Shown here in pieces: positions 8,898 to 21,800 of a stretch of 64,000 nucleotides of DNA (within the stretch, counting starts at the first letter, position 1; every line of letters starts with the position of its first letter). The notes under the pieces were generated by a model that saw only the letters and a list, made by a program, of their open reading frames with translations, was not told where the DNA came from and did not search any database. Origin of the DNA: a virus; IMG/VR virus record IMGVR_UViG_3300037258_001099, positions 64,001 through 128,000 of that record; one strand, given 5' to 3'. Position numbers and translations under genes: made by a program.

Positions 8898-9671
8898 ATG
8901 GGGGAATTGTTTCTACTCCCAACCCATCCAGACTACCCATATGGGCAGAAAAGTGGTGAGGGGGATCAACCTTTAAAGGAGATATGTTCCCCCTCGTCTG
9001 TCCATAATATGGAGCAACTCTCCAAATCCGAGCTGCACGCCTACATGGTAACCCATAGTGTCAAAGGAAATAAATTTATGCCAAAAAGAGCGCCATTCGT
9101 CGGCGATACCAAGACCTTCGCTTCCCCAACTGATAAAGAAACCACCTTTGTCATCAGGCGGCTCTCGATCCAGCAAGTCATGATCTACCGCGATCGCAAC
9201 TCCAAGGTCCGCTACATCACTGAGGATAACGATGACAACAACCAGAAAGTGGTCACTGAGCGCGATTACCCCGCAGGCTCGATGACCGTGGATATTGCGG
9301 TGCTTGGCCTTGCCTCCTGGAACATCGCCGATCTTGCTGGCAATAACGTTCCTGTTTCTGAGGAGAACATGCTCAAGTATCTGGAGCCAGAGGAGCTGGA
9401 CTTTATCTCAGAGAAGGTTCTCGATGTCAATCCCATTCTCAGCAATCGGGGGAACCAGAAAAGCAAACCTGGAGAAAATGCTTCGCCCTCAGATGGCAGC
9501 AGTGATGGAACAGATGACACACCGACAGTACGTCAAATACTGCCAGGAGACGGAGGTGGAGAAGGAACACTACGAGACTCACAGCTATCCACATCCGTTT
9601 CTCCTCATCTGGATGGAGGCCAGACGACAAGTCAATCCCATCACGGGAGCTATGAGTTATCCCGAACCTAA
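8898..9671 (+). CDS. Tail assembly chaperone (gpG-like); alternative start 9078
   Basis: Between tube and tape measure; FVIRRLS, LASWNIAD..G..VPVSEENM. Confidence 0.7.
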   Translation: MGELFLLPTHPDYPYGQKSGEGDQPLKEICSPSSVHNMEQLSKSELHAYMVTHSVKGNKFMPKRAPFVGDTKTFASPTDKETTFVIRRLSIQQVMIYRDRNSKVRYITEDNDDNNQKVVTERDYPAGSMTVDIAVLGLASWNIADLAGNNVPVSEENMLKYLEPEELDFISEKVLDVNPILSNRGNQKSKPGENASPSDGSSDGTDDTPTVRQILPGDGGGEGTLRDSQLSTSVSPHLDGGQTTSQSHHGSYELSRT

Positions 9672-9819
9672 CAAAGGCTACCTGGAGCAAGATGCCGAGC
9701 TGATGCTGGCCTTTGAGGTCCTGGAGGAGCTCTACGAAGAGCATGAAGCTGAGCAGGAACGCATGGAAGAGATAAAGAAGGCTAGATCAGCGCATTTCGG
9801 GACCCAGCAGTCGGGATAG
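9448..9819 (+). CDS. Tail assembly chaperone C-terminal part (gpT-like), probably expressed by frameshift
   Basis: Overlapping frame with GYLEQDAELMLAFEVL; GGGGG run at 9448-9452. Confidence 0.6.
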   Translation, partial: GGTRKANLEKMLRPQMAAVMEQMTHRQYVKYCQETEVEKEHYETHSYPHPFLLIWMEARRQVNPITGAMSYPEPNKGYLEQDAELMLAFEVLEELYEEHEAEQERMEEIKKARSAHFGTQQSG

Positions 9820-9879
9820 GCCAACGTATTAAGGAAAAGTCGGTTTCACGCACATTTTTGGAAAGGACAAGAGCAGTTC

Positions 9880-12800
9880 TTGTTCCCAGAAGAAAAGGAA
9901 CGTGAAACCGTGTCAACATTCGATTACAGCGCCTGGTTTGGATTTCGTCCCAGGATTTCATCCACAGCGGAAGGGTTTGCACGCATGCCAGACTATGATC
10001 CCTCTCAGTTTGCTCCCCGTCCTGTGTGGAACCCTGCAACAGGTAAGTGGGAAGATCCAAACAAAGCAAATCGCACAATCAACCGCAGACCTACCATTGA
10101 GGCAGAGATTGCTGAGCGACAGCGCAGAGGATATTCTCTCTCTGATATTTCGCTTGCGCCACATGCTATCCCTCAAGGTGCCGCAGGTCCAGAGAAGTAT
10201 CAGTCACCAGAGGAATGGAAGAAAGCTCAGAGCACCTTCCAGTCTGTACAAGGCGCTCTTGGAGCCTCCACTGGTAAACAAGCTGCTACAGAAGCCCTAC
10301 GACGAAGTGATCTCAATAAGGCACTACGCCAGGGTCAGATAAGTACAGCAACTGCTGGCAAAGCTGCCATGATCACTGAGCGCATGAACCAAGAAGGGAA
10401 GCGTACACAGGCAGCGAACGAGGATCAGCTCAGAAATATGAGCACCCAGCCAGATGTAACGCCCTTCACCATCGTGCCACAAAAGAATCTTCCGTCACGA
10501 GCAAGCTTGCTCTCCCAGATGGAAGCTGCACAGCCCCAGGTAATAGCACTGCAACAGCAAACGCAGAAAAATGCCTCCGAGCTTATGGGCAAACAGGTAA
10601 AGATGCAGACGGTAAGTCAGTTCTTACCTGCCCTTTCACACGAGCAGCTTGGAGGGGTGCAGAGCAAGTCACAATATGTAGGGTTTCGTGGTGGTCCTGG
10701 TGGTGGCAAAAGTAAAGCGCTCATATCAGCCATCTTCAACAATCTGCTCAACCAAGGGCTCTCATCTGACGAGGCTGCTAGACTTGCCAAAAATACCATC
10801 TTTCTAAGCCAGACCAAATCAGCAGTCAGTCGCATGCGCACCAATATGGAAGGTGCAGAGCAAATGATCCCAGGCTGGGACGAGAAGGCTAGATCCGAGC
10901 AGATGATGACACTTGGCCGCTTTGCCATGAGTCTGCTTAATCGTAACCAGTCATCAGGCGGATCAATCTTACAGCAGATGGGGGCAGGTGACTACAAGCC
11001 GCTCTACCAGGGATCTGGCGAAAACATTGAAGAGGAGATGGCAAAGCGCGAGCATGAGCAGGTTTTGAAGCGCGTGCTCACCCAACATGGTTACAATACT
11101 CGGATCAATAATGTAGGCCAGCTTGCCCAAACGATCGCCGAGATCAAAGGCACAAGCAGAGAGACTTTTGAGGCAGCCTACAAACGAGGGAAGTCTCTGC
11201 AAGACCAAAATAGTCAACGGCAAGTCATCCCCTCTGAGCAGGCGCTCTACTTGTATCAGAACGAGCTGCATAGAACGAAGCAGTATGACATCAATGATGT
11301 GCCAGGAATGCTACTCAAAGCTTCGACGAAGAAGAATGTTCAGTTTCCGCGATTTGGCATGATTGCCAATGATGAGAGTCAGGACACGCCACCCATTTAT
11401 GGACAGCTCTTCCAGAAACTCCTTGGTCCATCTGGCCGACTCATTACGGCGGGCGACCCATCTCAGCAAGCGATCCGTCGCCCATGGGATATCGATCAGA
11501 CCATGAAGAGTGCTGGAGCCAAAATCCATGAGCTGAGCATCAATTTTCGTACTGGCCGCCACAATGTCTCCAGTCTCAATCCACTGCTCGCAACCCAGGC
11601 CATGGCTGATCAGCCAAAGAGCCCATTCCAGGCTGCATTCAAAGAGCATGATCAACCTATCAGAACGCATGTGGAGGAAAATTTCCCTGCCATGCACCGA
11701 GCCATGTTTGGCAACTGGATGAAAGACATGGGTCTGACTCCAGCCATGATTGCCAAAAACATGCAGTCAGGGGTCCATCCATTCTCAAGTCCAGATGCTG
11801 GGAGTCTGCTTCCAGGAGATGCACCGTTCATCTTCCAAAGAGATGAGGAAGGTCGTGGTGCATTCCTCAAAGAGATGCGGTCTACGCTGAGCAAGCACAT
11901 GGACGAGGCGATGCTTGATCGCTTCATGCAAGAGAACATCTCCAGCGAGCCACCTACCGCAAGCAATGTGATGTCTGCTCGTGCCTACACGGTTGGTCAA
12001 GCTAGGTCCCATGAGTTCCCTGAAATTCATGGCGACGTAACTCCGCAAGGTCTCTGGCCTCCAGAAGGTCATATAGGCCAGATCTATACGATGCAGTCAA
12101 GGGCTATTAATCAGCAGCATCTCTACTATTCTAAGAAGAATATGCCCAAGGGAACGCAGCATGATCTGGCTACCTCGTTCTTTGGAGGCCAAGAAGTGCC
12201 ACATGGTTGGGACCAACTTATGCAGGCAGGAACAGAAAATCTGGTAGATCAGCAAGGTATGGCTGTCGCAGATTTACCAGAGGCGATGCAGTATGCCTAT
12301 AACAGCCCACATGCCATGAACCTGGGGACTTCTCCAGAGCGGCCAACAGAAGACCCAGAGATGGTGAAGCAGTTTGTTGAGGAAACACTCTTTGCCAACA
12401 AGTTCTATAGTCCACCAGTTGACTCTGGATCTGGGCTGCTCCAGGGCAGCAAAGATGATCAATTTGCCGCTGACATGCGCACTTACGGTTTCAACGCCGA
12501 GATGCTCTCAGGGCAAACCAAGCGTTCTGTGATCTCACAGTCCAAGATGGAGATGGCAGCGCGTGCAGCCCAAGATATGATCATGAATGGCCCTGGTGTG
12601 GTCTCGCGGGGAGCAGCAACCTTCAACAGCGAAGGTGTCTGGCAAACCAAGCGTATGGGCAGGTCAGAGATCGAATCCGTTCCATCGCCCAAAGAGTTCA
12701 TGGATCGTATCCATCAGATGGCGGGACCTATTCCAGCACGTCTCATGAAGGACGATATCGAGCGAGAAGCTTCCTCAGAGTTTCCTGAGATCGATAATAT

Positions 12801-15800
12801 CCAGATGAAGCCATGGGCAGGAAAGGAGCAATCTCAAGAGGCTGGTGACACGACGCAGGTCCGTCAGTGGATGGGACACGCACTTGCTATTCCAGGGTTC
12901 CGCAATGTTCCAGAGATCATGGGCAGACTGAATGATCTACTCACTCATCCCAAGGTTCTCCAGTCGATCACGGGGCCACTTGGGAAGCTTGCTAAAAGTG
13001 ATCCAAAGCTTGCTCAACTTCAGAAGCGGATCAATCTTGGTCGGCTCGATGGTCACGAAGCTGAGAAGATCAAGAACAGGATTGCCAGACTTATAGGACT
13101 GGGTGCAAAAATCACACAGACTCAGCAAGTCCAGCTTTCTGCACTGCAATCGAAGATGAAGAAGGTTGGAGGAGAGCCTCTTCACCGGATCATCTCGCGG
13201 GTAGTGACACCAACACTCACAGGTACCAACAAACCTAATCCGCTCTATCATGCAGGGTTTGCAGATCTACTTCATGGGGCCGCAGCAAAACAGCTTCCCT
13301 GGCAGCATCTTGATCCAGACTTTGTGGGCTCGCTGGGAGGTAGGGCACGACAATTTGAAAGAGAGGGAGACACATCCAAGCGCCGTTTCTGGGGTGAGGC
13401 GGCAGGAAAATTTGAAGCATTTAGTTCCCAGGTGCATCCAGATGGATCGCCGCTCACAAAAGAGATGCTTGCCCACGCAGCTCCTCACGAGCGAGCACTT
13501 TTAGAGCGGATCTTCGAGAGCAAGCATGGTGGAGATATCCTGCCCTATAACCACCCAGATGTCGAGAGCCGCGTAAGCCAGTTTACCTATCAGCGAGGCC
13601 TCGTCAATCGTGGCATGGTCTCTCCCGAAAACATGGCAGCAATGAAGCTTTCTCGTGCTAACTCCAGGCGTGCTCCTGGTGAGACGGAGTTTGCCAACCT
13701 CTACATGGCGTTGCAAGGTGGTCTTTCGGAAGGAAGCGGCTCTGGTATCGAAGACCCAATGAACACACTTGCACGGGGAGGAGGCAGATTTGCAAGTCTT
13801 GGCGCTGGAACGCGACTTGACTCTATGATCCAGAGACTTACGGAACTCTCTGATCCTGCTGGTCGTGTGCTCACTTCAGCCGAACGTGCGGGGTTTGCTG
13901 AGCAACTTGGGCAGGCACAGTATGTGAAGTCTGAGCTCTCCAGTCCTACCAACTGGCGTGATTGGGCGCATACCCTGCGGGCGGCAAGCCTTGCCTCAAC
14001 TGGGAAAAACCTCCATGATCCAAAGCCCTTGGAGGAAGGAAAACCCAACGATCCAGTGAGAGAGCTTTTCCGCCACCGCGACCAACATGTTAAAAATGCT
14101 AGGTCTCTAGAAGGGCTGACAGGTCTCATCACTCCGCTCAAAGAGGCAACAGCACATTTACAAAAGACAGGATCACTGCGGCGGTCTCATGTGGACGAGA
14201 TCCTGAGAGCGTTTGGCTACGATCCGGCGGACAAGAATCTTACCGCGCTCCGAAAGCTAGAGGAGAAGAAAGGCTTTAGTAGCCGAGGCGGCCAAGATCC
14301 AGATCTACCAATGGCAAAATTGATCGGGCAGTTCCCAGACCAGATGAAAGATATGCGGGAGCAGCTTACCCGTGTGCCGATTATCCAGGGATCGCAGCAC
14401 TACACTTATATGGGAGGCGAGCCTGGATATGCCGATATCAAAAAAGCACAGCAGGGTATTCCCTCTGGGATCATGGGAACGCTGCATCCGCTTCCTAAAA
14501 CAGATGAGACTGGGCCTGAAGAAGAATTTGGTCTCTCCAAAAATGTCCAGTTCCACATGAGTCGGGACATGTTCTCCAAATCCGATCTGGGAGTATTCAA
14601 CCCAGAGAAGGCCAAGAGATTACCAGAGCATGTTGCAAATATGGATTATGCGCCACTCATGCAATTTGAAGGAATGCACCAGGGCAGCCACGTAAGCTTT
14701 CCAGTTCACCCAGAGCAACTTGCTCTTGCGGACACCAGTGGCCTCGAACAGGAAAAGGGTATCCAGGATCTCTTCAAACGTGCTAGGTGGACAGGTCTCA
14801 GATGGAAGGAGCAAGATCAAAATAAAAAGCAGATAGAGGTATTGCGTCGGTCAGCAGACGCTAAGCATAGAAAGGAGCATCCCCTCTTTACGCCAAGGCA
14901 GCTTGCAAACCCTCGGGGATATGCTAGTTCCTTTGGAGTTGATCCACGGACACTCCCGCCAGCGTACAGATCACACATAGGAGGGCAAATTAACTCTCCA
15001 AGCAAGGTCCTGGCGGCAGCGCAGGTAGCCCAGCACAGCCAGGGTCAGATGGCACGAGGGCTGGTGGGAATGCAGCAGCCAGTGCCAGAGCCCATGCCGT
15101 CTTATCGTGGATACCAGCTTGGTGGAGATTTAAACGAAGCGGCCATTGACTCGATCATTCGCAGCCAGCAGAAGAAGGAGCTAGAGGCAAATACGGCAGA
15201 GACACCTGAGTTTGGGCCAGTTGATCCAAATTTGCAGCCGATGCTTCCTGGCTTTGGTGGAGGCGGGGGAAATCTTCCCCCAAGGCCACCATCGGTTCCT
15301 ACACCAGAACCAGAAAACGATCCCAGTAGAATGTTCTCGGCTTTGTCTTCTCCAGAATTGGAGAGGGCACAGCCTTTTCTTGCGCATCCCAGATTCAACC
15401 AGCTCTACAAAACTTTCGAGACAGGACGGCTCTTTGGAAGACAAGTAACGTGGCAAGGGCATCTTGAAGATGAGCACGCCTTTAATCTGCGTCATCCAGA
15501 GCTCCATAAGAGTGATCTTGAGCTAACGAGCGGCCTCTTGGGGAAATCAGTTCCTCCGCCTCCACCTGATGCATCTACCATGGCTCCACGGCAAAGACAA
15601 GAATCATCCGGCTTGCGCCAAAGAATGATGGTTCAACATGCATCTGGTCTGGCACAGGCAAGAGATAGGAAAAACGATCCGCTGCTCGCAACGATTGGGC
15701 AGCATATTCCTGCCCAGGTGCCACTAGCACCAAGCCAAGGGGGAATTCCACCCCACGACATGGCTCAACTTCTTACACATCTACGCAGCGGGAAACAGTC

Positions 15801-18800
15801 CTCTGATATCGCCCTGGCAAAGCAATACGGCAAAGCGCCGATGCAATACCTAGGTAGTATTTCCGGTAATCAGAAACCATTACCGGAAATTGCAGCAGTA
15901 GCTCCTGGCGCGAGAGGGTCCTGGGATGAAGATTCGTATGGCTTCCCAGCAGAAGCTCCTCCTGATGACCTTTCTATGGGTGACGAGGAAATGTTTGAGT
16001 TTCACCAAGCTCTGGGTCAGATGGATGCGTTCGAGTCACCTGCAAAAAAAGCTACTCCAGCCCCTGTAAGTCCAACGCCTATTCCTGCTCCTGCCTCAGC
16101 GGGGCCAGCGTACCAACTCTCTCACTTGCCAAAGCTGATGCGATCACAAAGGCGCACCCTTATTAGAGGAGGCCAGATTCACCCCTTTGAGGAAGGAAAG
16201 CCTGGCATTGGTGTTGGAGGAACCAATCCTGAGCAACGTGATGTGTTAAATGCTCCTGATCGCCGCATGATTGTGCAAGGTGGGCCTGGCACGGGCAAAA
16301 CTGAGACCATGATCATGAAGATCGCGGACCTGATTGCTAAAGGCCATGTCGACCCAAGCCGTATCATGGCTTTCTCTGGTATGCACTCAGGTGTCTCTGA
16401 GCTCAACACCAGGATGAGCAAATTCTTGCAGCCATTACTTCCCCATGGAGAAGAGCACAAGCTTCCTGCGGCTCGTACACTGCACTCTCTAGCCCATCAG
16501 GTCCTCTTCCAAAGAGGCAAGCCAAGTCCAGCACTGGGTGGCATTGGACTTGGTTGGATTAAGGGGGTCATGGGTAACCCAAGCGAGGAAGAGCTCGCAA
16601 GGCAAACTCCAGAGACCCAGGAAAAGCTCCGCGACCAGCAACGTCAATTCTTGCACGGGGCTATTAAGCAAAACTTCCCGAAAGCCAAATGGCTTCCAAG
16701 CACACCAGACGAGCTTGATCGTGTCATGGGGGATATCAAGAAATACAAGTCTAGTCGCACTGGAGAGGACCCACTTTACGATAAGATGATAAAAAAAGGC
16801 CTTGGGGATATTTCTCATGGCAAAAAGTTCACCCATGCCGGAGCCCTTGCTGTCTATGAGCAATCTGTGGCGCAGACAGGCAACATTGATTTTGAGGATC
16901 TGATCACCTACGGCAGTTCTGCTCTTGGCCGTCTCGGAAGCGAAGCTATCCCGCAAGGTGTTGAGGGAACGCAGCTCCTCGCCTATGACGAGGCGCAAGA
17001 CGCCAACCGAGAGAACCTGGGATTTGTCTCCAATCTCGTGAGTGCTCTTGGACCAGAAACACATGCAGTTGTCGGTCTTGATCCACTCCAGTCGCTTTTT
17101 CAGGGAGCTGGAAGCCTGCCTGGAGAGCATATTGTGCCAGCCATTCAGCAGATGCTGGGTGGAGCAGGACACATTCAGCTTCGCGGAAACTATCGCAGCT
17201 CCATGAAGGATGTGGCGCTCTCCAATTCGATCTTACAAATGCATGCCATGAGCGGAAAGAAAGGACTTTCCCCACTTCAGGTCCCCTATTCACAGAAGCT
17301 TGGATCAGAGCCAAGCTTCATGCTTAGAAAATCCCAGCCTGAGCTCTATAAGAAGATGTTTTCCTCTATGCTTGCCCATGCTGGTGTCTCTCCAAAAACC
17401 ATGCGAGAAAATATTTTGGCTGGAGAGCATCCCTTTAAAGGAGTGGACTGGAACCAGCCAGACAAGATTCGGCCAGGGGAAATGCCTGCACTTTTTATGA
17501 TGAAGGCGCAGCGCTCACTCTTTGAGCATATTGCCCCATCAATCATTCAGGGGCTTGATCCAGCGGGCAAGATTGATCCTGAGATGGCAAAGAAAGCCTT
17601 TGGGCAGATGTATCGGCCAGGTCTGCCTGGCAAAGCCGCAAGCGATGAAGAACAGACTATATTTGCCAATAAGCTCGCATTCCGAGGACTCACCGTGGGC
17701 CAGAGTAGAGGACTCTCCTTTGAGAACCCACATATGGATGCCTCCCCCGTAGGGGAATGGCGGCGTCCTGGGGAGAAGGCTGAGGAGTCGTACTTGCACA
17801 ATCTGGGAGTCATGGTTTCTCGCACAAAAGAGGGTGGACGCAGCTTTATTGGGGCGGCAAGCACCCCGTTTTCTGGCGATCAGATGAAGGATTTTGTCCA
17901 GACACAAGGAAAGCACTACCGCGAGACCTCTCCAGAGTCACATAATCGTGGATCGGTATGGTATGGGGAACCTGGCTCTGATCCGCTATCTGTCCATCCC
18001 CGCAATGAGTTCGATACCCACGAAGGTCAACCAGTAGCACACTACTTTGGCGAGATTATGGGACTCCAGAAGAAGCAGGTAGATGACTGGAAAGCGATGA
18101 AGAATTCCCCTGCCCAAGCGGCTGTTCCAGCACAACTTGTCTCGCAAGAAGCAGTTGCCGCATCACCCCCTAGAAAGCAAGATCTTGCCAAGACAGCTCT
18201 GTCTGACCTTCAATCACGTGCGCCATCTGGCAGGAGTGCTCAAATAGAGTCGCTGCTAGCAAAGACGGTTGCATCGCCCCACGCGTCAGATCCTAGCCAG
18301 CACGCAATGGTCGGTCAACTCCACACAGAGTTTGCCAAACTTGGTGGCTCAGCTTCCTGGTCAGATTTCATGAAAGCAAAAGCACCAGAGATTGAGAATC
18401 TAGCAGGACCACAAAGCCCTGTGACCAAGCTTGCTCAAACAATGGCCGCATCCCCTGATAAATATGCGCCTGGATCTACGGCGATATCAGCCAAAGATGT
18501 CACCGTCAATGCTGCCGCCAATTCCAAAATCACCGTTGCAGGGGGCGCACAGGTTGATGTGATCCGAGCAAGCACGCCTCCTCTCGCCTCTATGGCAGCA
18601 GTAGGTAAAGGCGCATCGCCCGTGAGCTCCACCATTGCCAAAAATACACCAATAGAGGACTTACCTCTCTCGGGAGCAACTCCTGTCACGCGTATTAGCC
18701 GCAATCCTTTTGCAAGCACTGGAGGCATTCCGTCTACGTCAACAACGACAGTGGCTCAGGTCACAGGTGGTGCTCCTTCTGGGACAAGTGTTGGCGCAAG

Positions 18801-21800
18801 CACAGTAGGTGGGCCATCATCTAAAGGTGGCATTGGCTCGTTGGTTATCCACCCAGGAGCATCTGTTGGCGCTATCAACGTCTACGGAGGTGGACCAACT
18901 ACGGGCGGAGGCGGAGATGGTGGGGACAAAGAGCCGCCAAAGACCACGCTTGCGAAGTTCTCCGACGGGCTCACGAATACTGGTCGTACCTTCGCTCGTA
19001 TTGGGCAGGAGATGCAGTACTTCGGGCAGCTCTTCAATGATGTTACGCAGAAGGCACTTGAGCAAGGATCAGACTATAGACTTGCCTCTGGGACATTTAA
19101 AGCATCTGGCGCAACCGCTGACAGGGGCTTCTACGACTTTGCCAATCCTGCGAGCGGCATCTCTCAGATGCAGACGAATAGCCTGCCGATGTTCTCCAAG
19201 ACCGATATTGCACAAAATCTCCAAAATGTAGCAGGCATGGTAGGAGGCCAGCTTCCACCTTCTGGGACGTCAACGAGTATCATGCAGCTTGCAGCACTAA
19301 CTGGGGCAGATCCGACACAGCTTACCTCTCAGATAGGCTACATCAGTGGCTCGATGGGACAAGGGATGACCGCTACACCTGCAATCGAAGGATACACGGG
19401 GAGCCTCTATCACGGCCAGGTAAACGCAACCAACCTTGCTCCAACGCTCCAAGCGGTCTCCTCGGCGCTTCCCAGCATGCAAGGGCTCACATTTGGACAA
19501 GGCAACAATCTAGGAGCCTTCTACGGCCTCATGAATGCGGCTCAAGGCGGAGGCATGACAGCGGCCAATATGCCCGATGTCTCTGACCTTACGAATTCTC
19601 TGGCTCAAGTAGGCACTGCGCCTAATCTCAATCAGCAGGCAGCACTCAATCAGCTTTTCCCAGGACAGCTCACAGGCGGTGCCCAGCTTGCCCAGTTCCA
19701 ACAGCAACAAGTGGGAATGAGTGAGCAGGCAGGAGAGCTTGGTCTTCAGCAGCAGTTCAATGTGCCAGGCCTTCAGATGCAGATTGGCAATGCCAACGTC
19801 GCGATGCAGCAGGCTAATGTTGATCTCGGGCAGATCCAACAACAGCAAGGCTATGCCCAACTTGGCCTCTCTCAGCAAGAGCTTGGATCAAGCCAGGCGA
19901 ACCTTGATTACCAGAGAGACCAGCATGACTATCAGCAAGCCAGCCTGAACTATCAGAAGCAGCAGCTTAATTATAGTGAGGCACAGCTTGGCTATTCCCA
20001 GCAGCAATTTCAATATAGCCAGGCTCAGTACAGCCAAGCGCAACTCCAGCAGCAATATGCGCAAGCGAGCTTTACCCAGCAGCAATATGTCCAGACACAG
20101 GAGTATGGCCCCATTGGTGCCGACACTGGACGGCAGAGCTACTTCGATTTCATGCGTAATCAGCAAGCGGCAGGATACAACCCGCTCTCCGCTGAAACTG
20201 GGACCCAGTTCAAGCCGTCAGCGCCTCAAGGTATCCAGAACATGCAGTTCTACGCAGGGATTGAGAACCAGCGTCAGATGAGCATCCTCTCGCGGTCACC
20301 GCTGCTCTCAGATGCTGCATTTCAGCAACAGCAAAAATACTTAAACGAGCAAGAGGCCTTCTATAAGGAGCAGCTAGACTTAACAAACGAGCAGCGTACC
20401 TTTGACGTGACCTGGGGACAGAAGATGCTCGACTCCCAGCAGAAACTCCTCGACCTACAAGGGCCACTGCTCACTACACAGAAGAAGCTCCTGGATATGC
20501 AGCAGCCAATGCTCGATACCCAAAAGAGCCTGCTGAACCAACAGCAAGGGCTTCTCAACACTGAGGGGCATCTCCTCGATCTCCAACAAGGCATTCTGGA
20601 TACCCAAAAAGGCATGCTTGTCTATACCCAGGAAGCCCTTGATCAGCAGGGCAAAATCCTGGGTATCCAGCAGACCCAGGTGGGCCTTACAGCGCAGATG
20701 AATGATTACCAAAATGCTCAGCTCAAGCTTCAACAAGCGTATCTGCCAGCCCAGCTTGGGGCTCTTCTCGCAGTCCAGACAGCCATGGAGCAGCAAATTA
20801 ATGGACAAGGCCCTGTCAATGGCACAAATCCCACGCCACAGCAGATCATTAAGCAGCTCTCTCTTATCCAGAATCCAACCCAGCAACAGGATATTATGCG
20901 CAACCTGGGACTGCCTCCCAATCAGGTAAATACCCTGCAAACTATCCTCAATGGTATGAAGAAGGCTGGCGGCTATGATGCAGCCATGAGTGGGGTTTCC
21001 CCTGCCGACAAAAGCATCCAGGCGCAGGTGAACAACCTCATCAAGTCAGGAGCCTTTGCTGGACAAACAAATCAAGCTGCACAGTCTGACACCTCGCTCC
21101 TGCTTGGTGGCACAGCAGCGCAGTGGACAAAGTTCACGCAGGCTTTTGATACGGCCAACAAATATGCAGAGCAAACAGCAAACGCTGCATCCTCCATCAA
21201 CGACTATATCAAGGGCTGGGGAACCTTCTTTTCTATGGCTGGTCCTGCCATTGTTGGCATCGGCATGCTGCTCCAGGGTCTTGGGCTTGGCGGACAGGCA
21301 CTGAACTTCTTTACATCAGGAGGTGCCTCTGCTGCTGCTGGCGGGGCTGCAAGCTGGGTAACACAAACAGCAGCTCCAGCAGTCGCCTCGGCGGCATCAA
21401 CAACGGCAAGCGCAATCTCGTTAGCCCTTACCACTGCTGCCCCTATCATCATTCCTCTGGTTATTGCTGCTGCCGGAACGGCAATTATAACATTCGCATT
21501 AAAGTGGCTTGGGGATCAGGCATCAAATATTAATCAGCAGAACTTTAACAACCCAAAGAATGCAACCTCAAATCTTCCGTCGTGGCTTCAGTGGCTTCCT
21601 GGCAAAACAGCTTCTCCACAAGTTGTTGCTTCTGCGCAATCGAAGCAAGATGCGTACCGAGCCTCTCACGGCGGAAAAGACATGCCGATGCCTGATGAGA
21701 GTCCGCTCGCCAAGGGAACGCTTCTTGGGGATGCCTGGAGCGGTATTAAGACAGGCGTAGGCAACGCCTGGAATTGGCTGACAGGTGGAAACAACAAAGC

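Noticed and set aside
19690-20790. DGR template/variable repeats
   Set aside because: Repeats are protein-level heptads, and no reverse transcriptase is present
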